A program made the translations under genes and the position numbers. From NCBI RefSeq assembly GCF_964355755.1, contig NC_092678.1, positions 8,696,422-8,760,421 of the forward strand: a stretch of 64,000 nucleotides of DNA. Reading direction: 5' to 3'. Below, in pieces: positions 54,136 to 64,000 of this stretch. Below the pieces are notes generated by a model. The model did not search any database and was not told the origin of the DNA. It worked only from the letters and a program-made list of their open reading frames with translations. The stretch's first letter is position 1. Each line of letters opens with the position of its first letter. This DNA is from Antedon mediterranea. Its lineage: Eukaryota; Animalia; Echinodermata.

Positions 54136-54778
54136 GTGGTATACCGTACACTGTCTAATGTCTGTCTAATGTATGTCTATCTTGAAAAATACCCGCACAC
54201 AATAATACGAGGGTGCTTCGCATTTACGTATTTCCTTCTACGATAATGGTGTTTGATAGCTGAAAACCGATTAAACAGCTCAAGTACTGAAGAAGACAGA
54301 CCAATTTTCTTTTAAAAACAAACTATATTGATACGGTAGATTTAATATACGTTTATAAAAATAAATTGATTTGCGGTGAAGGGAACTTTCCAATCCTCGG
54401 TCTCAGTATAATTATTTGGTTTAACACAAGTAGGTAAATCTATGGGTCCTTAGAGATAAACTTAAAACTTTTAGACATTATACTGACAGTTGCTTCTCAA
54501 CGTTTGTATAATTAATAATTACAAAAAATATAAATGTCATAGTGGTTCGACTATGACCGTGACAGTTTTAACAAAGTATTAAATCGCAAATGTTTTACTG
54601 TATTTAGTGGTATATTAGGCCTATTTATAGGCCTATAAAACACATTTCGTTACGGAGTGGATAAATAATATATTTTAAAATTGTTCCTCTTTGTACCCAC
54701 CCTCTTCCCCATCCTCAATCATAATGTTTATACAAACACAAATTGGGACTCATTTTGTCACATGTTAATCCTTCGTAA

Positions 54779-54957
54779 TGCTTGGTTCCCACAATAACGT
54801 AACGCAAGGACGTAAACGCAACGCAAGCGTTTTAACCAACGACAAGCGAAGTTATAGACAGTTAGCAATCACAAACGCATAAGCCATCGCTTGTGATTGA
54901 TCAATTCACTTGCGTTGCGTTATGTCCTTGCGTTGCGTCGCTAGTGAGAACCACGCT
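54779..54957. mobile_element. PIF/Harbinger-like MITE
   Basis: TAA|TGCTTGGTTCCCAC ... GTGAGAACCACGCT|TTA with internal inverted ACGCA/TGCGT repeats. Confidence 0.65.
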
Positions 54958-55638
54958 TTAGTCATTCCCAGGGTGCTGAATCTAAATCTATTTATTTGTT
55001 TCTGTAAACGACAATGTATTATATAGTCCTGCGGTACCATACGTACATTAAAAAAAAAAGTTTTTTACGCTGACATTTTTGTATAGTCCAGAACCATTAT
55101 GTAGGCACGACCTAGATGGTACCATCTAGTGGTTTATGAATACACTAAGAATACATTCTTGCAGAACGTCATTAGTTAGTACCGATTTTCTTTTTTACAG
55201 CAAAATATACATAATAATAATAATATCTTACTATTTTATTTATGTATTAAATAAAATCATTAAGCTCAAAAAGAAGTTTTAAAATTTAATTCTATCTTTT
55301 GCATGGTATTTGTCAGATTCACCCGATTATTATTACTGCATCTAGAATTCTCTGGTATTTTAGGGAATTTCCATAATACATCATCATATTATCGCCTATT
55401 GTCACCATCGTCATTACAGGAACCAGTGTGCTTCAATTGAGATGCTGTATTACCAAATATTCCTACATTGAATGCTAAACCGATAAACAAACAAATGCCT
55501 CTTCCGTCTATTATGAGTTACGAATATACTTTTCCAGTTCATTTTGTGTGCCAAAGTTCACGAGACCGTTGTGTTTGTTACCTATTCTCTTCCACGTCAA
55601 ACGTCATACACAACTAATTAATTAACATTTATCCTGAA

Positions 55639-58600
55639 ATGTTTACTAAAGGAGTTTCGCTGAGTTTATTACTTCTATTTCTACTTCTGTGCCACATTTG
55701 TTCATCTCAAAACGGTAGGTTTGATTCCGAGTTTTGGTGGAAAGAGCGCGCTTTGTGATTTTTGGCGCTAGTTGTTACAACGTAGAAATATTCGTATTAT
55801 GTGTATATAGTACTACCATCTAAATTTGATAGATGATTGAACCCTAAATGTTGCTCAATAAAAGAGCTGTTTAAGTGGTCGTTTTTTACAAAAGCGAGCA
55901 AAATATGACATCGTTTACATGGTTTTTATCTGAAGGTCTAAACAGTGGCGTATATTTTCACACTCAAAAATCACATTCATTTAGACTAGACAAAAAGTAG
56001 TGAGCCCTCTAGCGGTCATTTGTGATTTCTGAGATTCATCGAAGCGCGACAACATCACCCGGAAATGAGAGCGGGGTTGGTGAAATCTGTCCATAATAGG
56101 TTACTTTTCTGTCCATAATAGGTTACTTTCTGTCCATAATAGGGACTAGAGGGCGCTGTTGTTTGTCCATAATAGGTGACTTTCATAATTGGCTGTCCAA
56201 AATAGGTGACTTTTTGTCCACAATAGGCGAGTTTATTGGAGTAGTGCGCCATCCATTGTGTTGTCCATAATAGGTGATTTTTTTGGCGTACTCGTACGTA
56301 CGTAGTTTATTTCGCGAGTAGAAGTAATACTAATTTGCTTTCTGTTCAGACTTCGAGGCTACCTAGGCCTAATTAGTATAAATATTTAAGTCTTTCTAGC
56401 CTAGGCTAGTCCTGTTAGTTAGGCTACCTCTATATAGGCCTACTAGCCTAGGCCTAGTCCATTTGTTATTGTCCACTAATAATAATGAAATGTGAAATTT
56501 ATTCAGCAACAAATAATTTAATTTGAACTTCATTTTAGGTTTGATAGTATGGACAGACATTACGCAACTTACCATACTATTGCAAGTTTAAATAAATCAC
56601 CAAACGAACCCACACGTTCTTTTACAAAAAATAAAAAATACCCCATAATACTCTAATATTAATAATAATATTGATAAAGTTTTATTTTTTTAAGATAATG
56701 AAATGTAAACTGTTATTTTTATAAATGCATTGGTGTTTCAATGTATTGTTTCTTTGGACTTATTTTGTTTTGTTAACAGTAATAATAAAAATCAATTTAA
56801 TATTGAAAAAGACATCACAGTTCAGCACTTCATTTCGTCATTTTAGGTCCTCCCCTATTTCAAAATTCTGGATCCACATAGCTCAATGACAAACCATCCC
56901 AGTCTAAAGTGGATCAACAGCAGCACATCTCATCCATTTATTATATTGTTTAATTAAATGAATCAATTTTAATGTTTAATACTAATAAGAAATACGACAA
57001 ATCAAGTTTACATACACGCTGTGTACAATCAACACCTTTGTTCTGTATTCAGAACAGTTTATTCAAAATCTAAATCACATTTAAAAAATACTGAATTATA
57101 TTATTTTTAAAAGTGTAAAAACATGGTTAAACTACAATTTAAAAAATAGCAAGGATAAATAAAATGCACCATAATGATTATGTTTATTACTATAATTATT
57201 GATCGATGATTATGATCAAAAATAATATGTTGAAGTGATGTACTTTTTCATTTCAGCAGCATACTGTATATGAGCAGAATATCAAACATCTGTATGCCTA
57301 TAATAAAAAAAAGGTATTGTATAATGCAAGAAACTTCAATCTTAGTAATGCTGAGACAAATTTTCATGTTGTATGGTGGGAAACAGTTATGTTTAAATAT
57401 TTTATTGCATTTAAAAAAAAGATATGTAGGATTGTTTTACTAAATTTAAGTTTATACCAGTTGTTAGAGTCAATTATTACCATACTCACTATATGAAAAC
57501 TGATATTAAATGTTTTAAAGACAAATGCTTTATTGAATGAATGCTTTAATAATATAACATTCAATTAAATTTTGAAATATTGTCTGCATGAATTTGTTAG
57601 TGGATTTATCTATTCTTTGTACTGTGATTGTAATGTTTATAATGAATGGAAATAAAAAAAAAATATCTACTTTTAATTTCTTAGCAATTCAAATGAATAG
57701 AATATTTCAAATCAGAATGTTAAAAATTAATTTTCATGTATTGTCAGTTTTTCTACTACGGTACTGATAAAATTCAGTTTGTCTCTCTGAAAATGTTTGA
57801 CTAAATTGTATCCTTCTTTTCCGAAGATTACTTTTGCAAACAAATACTTTTTCTAAATAGGCTTCTTCTTGGGATTTTACAGTATCTTGGTCATATTGAA
57901 AAATGTCCTAAAAGATGTAGGCCTAGTGGGTTGTATGTAAAGTATTTTTCTTCAATTGTAGGTTGGGCCTATCTGTTACTTACCCTAGTTAATAGAAATG
58001 TCCATGCTACTGTACTATAACATTGATCAGAAGATACACTGTACACAATCTTTGATACATGCAAAAAATATGGGAAAAATTGAGATTTAAATAGATGACA
58101 TAATTAATAACATACAGTAACAATAGCTCTGGCTCTACTATACTGCCAACCTACTAACTGTCCGAACTGTCTGGATAAGACTCATTCATTCAAAAAATAA
58201 TTTAAAAAAACAAAAAGGTCAATCTAGCAATCTAGATGTCTGTGATTTGAAGACAAACTACCAATAGGTCTAGTAGACTAGGCTAGTAGTAGCTGATTTC
58301 AGTCTTTAAAGTATAGTAGTGGGCGGTGGTGGCAGTGGTATTAGTAAAAGACTGTATAGTGACTAGTCCGCCAGACCTGACCTGCAGTTAGGCAGTATAG
58401 TTACGAGATGAGTCTGTATATTCATATTAAAATAATAAAAAAACAGATAATGAGGATAGGCCTAGTTGTTTGTAGTAGGAAACCTATCTACCTAATATGA
58501 GCCCATGTCATTTTTATTCCTACTGTAGCAGGGAGGTACCCCCTGCTGTAAGGTAGGCCTAGAAAAAAAAAGCTCACATTTCATTAGTAATAGTGGACAA

Positions 58601-61600
58601 TAACAAATGGACTCCAGCTAGGCCTATAAGCTAGTAGTAGTACTATCTATGCCTGACTGAGGTAGCCTAACTCTAAAACAGGACTAGCCTAGGCCCTAGC
58701 GGCTAGAGAGACTTAAATAATTATACTAATTAGGCCTCCTACTAGCTAGGCCTACAGTAGGTAGCCTCGAAGTTTGAAGAGAAAGCAAATTAGTATTAAC
58801 TAATAATACTACTTCTACTCGCGAAATAAACTACGTACGTACGATCGAGTACGCCAACAAAATCACCTATTATGGACAACACAATGAATGGCGCACTACT
58901 CCAATAAACTCGCCTATTGTGGACAAAAAGTCGCCTATTTTGGACAGCCAATTATGAAAGTTACCTATTATGGACAAACAACAGCGCCCTCTAGTCCCTA
59001 TTATGGACAGAAAGTCCCCTATTATGGACAGAAAAGTAACCTATTATGGACAGATTTCACCAACCCTATTGGAGAATGATGTGAATTTAAAATTTTAATA
59101 GGGTTAAACTCTTTTAACCAATTGAAAGCCTTAAATTATAGTTCCTTATGAATAATTCATGAGAATAATTAAAGCAAGGGTTGAAGAAGCACGTGACTTG
59201 GTTTTTGGAACAGGATAGCAGTTATGATCGTGTCAGGTAATCATTGAATTTGCCCTTCTTTTTGTTAGATTTTATACGGTTTTTATCAATAATAATATTG
59301 TACATTTTTTCGAGACCATAAAAAAATTCCTCAATTTTTGAGTAAACGAGTGACTAAATAAAAAGTTACTATGTAATGTAAATATTCGTTTGACAAAAAA
59401 TGGGCATGTTGATATTTTCAGGTATTTTTTAAATGGCGATTGAAATAGGTAAACAAATCACATGTATAACGGTGGTTTGTGGGAAGCTGGGCCTAGCCTT
59501 GATGGTCCAACGCGTACTGCGTGTTAATCAATGCGTATAAGATACACACGTAGTCATTTAGGCCAATTTTTTTACATGTTTATTTATTAATATTAGGCCC
59601 CATTCTCATTTATTTTAATTAATGTACTGAATGTACCACACTTTACAACTCTATATAAATTAGATTTTGTACTTGTATTAAATTCAAACGTTTTATGGGA
59701 TTTAAAACATTAAGCTAGGCCTTGTAGTAGGCCTAGGACCACATGCTAGGTTTTTCAGCCTAATTTATCATGCAGTATACCTCTAGCCCATCTTTCAAAT
59801 ACATATTTAAATTAACATACTTTTTATATTTCTATATTTTTTATAGGATCTGACTCCAGAAAACATTTGCATCACTTGAAAGCGGCTATTTATGGACAGC
59901 ATGTTGACATTCAAAAAAATTTGACCAGCTCTTATTAATTAAATGTCTTTTAAATTAAAGGTTTTCATTATAATGAAATGTACGGTGACAGAAATTTAAA
60001 TGATTCTCATAATTGAGGTTTCTCATAGATTTAATATTGAAGGTAAATAAATAAAGCTGTTTGTTATTCTTGCCTTTAGAAATAAACTTGTTGTTAGTAC
60101 TATATTATTAGGCCTAGGCCATTATACAAATTAAAACTAAAAAATACAGTAATCATATTTAAGGCCTACACAGCAGTACCTTGCTTGATTTGATTTTTTT
60201 CAAATATTTAATTGATGAAATAAATGAGTTTGACTTTTCAATTAGTTGCCATTTTATTAGTTTCTGTGTGTTTTTATTTATATTCTTAAAATAATTGTAT
60301 TGTATACAACAACTTTAAAGTATTGCGCAGAAGTGATCAAATTATAGTAGGCCTATTTTTATGTTATTTTCGCTTAAAATTATGCAGTTAAAGTATTGAT
60401 TTTAGGGTGACAGAAACGGTTAGGCAAGAAAAGAAATAAATTTGGGAATTTTGTTATGCGGTAAAAACAATTAAACATAATTTACCCCTAATGCATGTAA
60501 ATGTAGAAAACATTGCTTATGTTAGCGCGACCGAAACTCGCTACTGGGAATAGAGCCTGCAAAAGCGACGCGTACACACCTACTCGGGCACCGGCGGAGC
60601 GCGATCGATAGTAAATATACCCGATTTCAAATGATCATAAAATTCTTTTAAAAAATATCAACATTTTGATTTTTTGAGGATTAAAAGTAAAGATATTGAA
60701 ATTTAACATAATATTTACAAATATGTATTTAAAAATTCGGAAACAATTTTAGCGTGATATTAAAACAAACTTTTTAGAGTTCCGCGATTTTCTACGCAGG
60801 ATTTGTTTGTTTTCATTGTTAATGGGCGAATGTTACCTAAACTAGAATCGTTATAAATCTTTTAAATTTGTATTATAAGTAATTTCTTTAGTATTCTTAG
60901 TAACATCGAATGTCTCTAATTAACTAGCAGTTATTTATACTAACTATTGTTCAATAATAAGCGTGTATGAAGTGAAAATCTATAGTAATAATGTTCTTAG
61001 TCAGTTCGTCTCGCTCGCGTGAAGTCTTCGGGTTTCTCAATACAATTCTCAGCGGTAAAGATAGGCTCGCGCTAATGTTTAAATCAAAAGCGCTCTCAAA
61101 ACACTTTTTGTCCAAAATTCGCAATATGACGTGAGTGTGAAATGCACGTGCGTACATTTCGGAATGGATATTGTAGAATACTGTATGCGACGTGACCGTT
61201 TTAAAAGGATAGTTAAGTTATTCTATAAAAGTTGCACTGCCGCGGCAGTGAATGAATGTTTTGAATATATCAACTTTGTCAGAATGTAATTGTTTATCCT
61301 ATTTTACCTATAATGGGTATACATATATTATGGTATATTTTCTTCACTTGTTACATAGCAGTTAGTTAACTAGATCTCTTTCCTTTTTTAATGACTTCCC
61401 TTTTACCATGTATTGTTTCCGTCCATGAAGAAACCAACGTTGTTATCGTACTTTGATCTAAAGTTATACTTAAGTTAAAAAGCTTTATTTGTTTTTCATT
61501 GAAATCATTTAACTGTATGCCGTTGGTTTAGCTACTAAAAAAACAAATACAGTACATAAAAGTAAAACTTGTAACAATACATTTAACAGACAATTTTGGT

Positions 61601-63146
61601 TTATTGGTCCACTCTAATAATAGAATAACAATGTTGACTTATATACATTTGAGTCTCAATGCGCTTAAAATGGAAATGCCAGAAATACAAAATGCTAATA
61701 ATATAGCAATAATGGTGGATTACACCTGAATTGAACCAATTTGGTAATGTATCTAAATTTTAAACGGAAGCTACAGGCATGTTACAGCGGCCAGTACAAA
61801 TTTCTAAGGCCAACACCTATTTGTAGCCTATACCTTGCCATTTATTTGGTTGAATTGTTTCTTCTAGTTTATGGCACGGGGGTCAATTTGAGAATTTGTG
61901 TAGGCTAATGAATATTAATGATGCGCGATTGAACTGTTATCGTTATAATAATAATAATAAATGTTTTGAATACTGTTTTGAATGGGAAGAATAATTATTT
62001 CATTCGTTGAAATCCAGTCAATCTTTTAACTCGTGAAAAATATTATCCTCATTCAACTCATATAACTTGACTATTAATTTGTATAAAATTTGTGTTTCCT
62101 CTACAGTTTCTCCAAATGTAACATGTCCGAATAATATTATGGCATATTCTCGTTACACAAAACCTGTAACATGGGATCCACCAACAGTAACTGATGATGT
62201 TGATACTGATCTGGTTGCAACTTGTACGCCACCTTCTGGTTCATCGTTTAATTCTGGTTCTAGTCGTACTATAACATGTACTGCAACTGACAGTATGGGT
62301 AATACTGATGAATGCAACTTTAATGTAAGAATCTTAAGAGGTAGGCCTAAATGTTCTTTGTAGTCACAGCCCTATGTTTGTGTGTCCAATACTTTAAATA
62401 TTCGGAAGTTTAATTGGTTTGAAGCAAAATTTAGATCATTGCTTCTAACGCTGTCTTCAAATCTGCGTAGCATTTTCTTTGCGATATCTACGCCTGTATT
62501 TGGGTTTCCTGTTTTTTACCAGTAAAATGTTAGCTCTCTAAAATAGAGAGCCAATATCCAAATTAATAGCAAAAAATAGCTTCAAATGTACAAACTGTAC
62601 AGCGTATAAATAACGAAATATTCTTTGACTTGAATGGTGTACTCCTTTAGTACAATATTATTTACAACTTCTTTTTGTACTTTATCGAACTCAAACGTTG
62701 TTCGAAATTGGAAAACATATAAAGTTGAAAGTCCGATGAACAGAGGCAAAGAAAAATAATCTAAGAACATGCCCTAATGTTATCCAAATTATCAAACCAA
62801 GGTTTACCCCTATTGGTCAATTGTTGTTACTAGGCAAAACGCAATAAAGGGGATACATTGACCGCTTGGTCAATTTCCAAATTTAAGACCTCCCAATTTA
62901 TTAGATAAACAGAACAAAGAAAATTCTTAAAAGGATTAATTAACAAAATATTATTAAAGCATATGCAGTTCTAAGCAAAATGAATATACTGCAAACACCT
63001 TGAATTCTATTATTTTACAGCGGGAGTTACTAGAGCGTCTTTAAACAAGCCTGCTTTCCAGTCTACAACCTATAGTTTTGATGGTGTAGAATATGAGGCT
63101 AGTTTAGCTGTTAATTATGCAACTAGTACGTGCTCCCGTACCATTG
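55639..63146 (+). CDS. Tandem paralog of the HYR/F-type-lectin receptor, 5' part (continues beyond the window)
   Basis: Signal-peptide exon 55639-55714 (MFTKGVSLSLLLLFLLLCHICSSQN), HYR exon 62107-62340 and F-lectin exon 63021-63146 (KPAFQSTTY..CSRT); exon sizes are identical to the first gene (76/234/126). Confidence 0.85.
56074..59066. mobile_element. ~3-kb foldback-type non-autonomous DNA transposon with long TIRs (MULE/FB-like)
   Basis: GGGTTGGTGAAATCTGTCCATAATAGG ... CCTATTATGGACAGATTTCACCAACCC; TIRs over 400 bp containing tandem TGTCCATAATAGG repeats; no coding interior and no TSD seen. Confidence 0.75.
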
Positions 63147-63351
63147 GTAAGAGAATCTAAAAAGGTTACAACTGGTAATTCTAGTTTCTAAAAAATGGCG
63201 ACAGTTTTTGGATTGGTTTATGTTTTGAGCTCCTTTGGCGTTGTTTTTTTTTCTAATAAATGTTTATTGTGGCTAGTTACATTTTTAAAGGTTCAGAGGT
63301 TAAAGAGCGGCATATTAGTCTAGGACCTGAATAAGATTTATATGCATTTAA

Positions 63352-63613
63352 AGATGTATTGTCCCCCTGAAAAAAGTCCGATTGAAAAAAAGAATGTATT
63401 TACATGAATTTAAAGCAAACAAAAGGGTCAAATTGGCTGCCAGTGTTTTTAGTTAAATTTAACCATTTATTTTGTCATTTTATAAGTGAAAACATTATTT
63501 TTTCAATTTTTTTTTTACAGAAGTGGTTAACTTTCTCTAAACTACAAAATAACATATTCATAGTCTGATTTAATTAATCTTAATTTTTCATGTTTTTGAG
63601 GGACAATACATCT
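63352..63613. mobile_element. Kolobok-like MITE, copy 3 (inverted)
   Basis: TTAA|AGATGTATTGTCCCC ... GGGACAATACATCT|TTAA. Confidence 0.8.
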
Positions 63614-64000
63614 TTAATTTAGGAGAGAATATATATAATAATAGGATAATTTGACCGCAAGGAACAACATAGGATGTGTGCCAAAATCTCTATCCGGAAG
63701 GGAAATTGTTCAAAATATTATACATATTTATATTTGGTCTAACACAACTTTTAGCGAATCATTATCGGAAATGCTTTTTTGGCCTTTGATCAAAACACAA
63801 ATGTTAATAGTTTCTTAGTTAAATTAATTATATTTTTATCAATTTTTTTTAGTAGGGTCTGCAAAATCTTGTGGTCACTGTTTTCGAGATTCGCGAAAAT
63901 ATAGATCACCCCACCCTATACTGGCAGAACAAGAAGAAGTAAAAAGTGATTTCGATAAATATCTGTTTTTAATAAGATTTCTAAAAAAAAATAGAGACCT

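Larger units (their letters stand above)
53247..55129 (+). mobile_element. Non-autonomous Helitron (family B) carrying two nested insertions
   Basis: A|TCTATATATAAATTTACG ... CTAGATGGTACCATCTAG|T; colinear with 22070-23336 once the inserts are removed. Confidence 0.85.

Noticed and set aside
56085-56280. CRISPR-like spaced repeats (TGTCCATAATAGG; also AAAATGGCGGCC in the Academ TIRs)
   Set aside because: Spacing is irregular, there are no unique spacers or cas genes, the context is eukaryotic, and they are transposon subterminal repeats.
56055-59079. Two mirror ORFs MAHYSNKLAYCGQK.. with YYGQ repeats
   Set aside because: They are translations of the TIR tandem subrepeats on opposite strands, not genes.

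Overview
AT-rich, intron-rich animal DNA; the HYR/EGF/F-type-lectin and ROCO content suggests a marine invertebrate, plausibly an echinoderm (inference). Four + strand host genes can be spliced by eye. (1) Exons of an LDL-receptor-family YWTD beta-propeller protein (6.1-8.8 kb). (2) A ~19-kb multi-exon ROCO gene with the architecture tandem DED-like domains, Roc GTPase split by a charged insertion, COR, C-terminal Death domain; it shows no LRR or kinase and carries several apparent frameshifts (19.8-38.5 kb). (3) A complete type I membrane receptor, SP-HYR-F-type lectin-3xEGF-HYR-TM, with two paralogous alternative terminal exons encoding Tyr-motif tails (45.3-52.5 kb). (4) The 5' part of a tandem paralog of that receptor (55.6 kb to window end). 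The rest is a dense, often nested set of mobile elements: Proto2-like, Rex1/Babar-like, CR1-like and other LINEs, a Penelope fragment, a decayed Academ transposon, AcademH-like, Kolobok-like and Harbinger-like MITEs, non-autonomous Helitrons, HINE-like elements, tRNA-derived SINEs, a solo LTR and a foldback element. All calls were made by eye from motifs and splice phases; no database searches were run.
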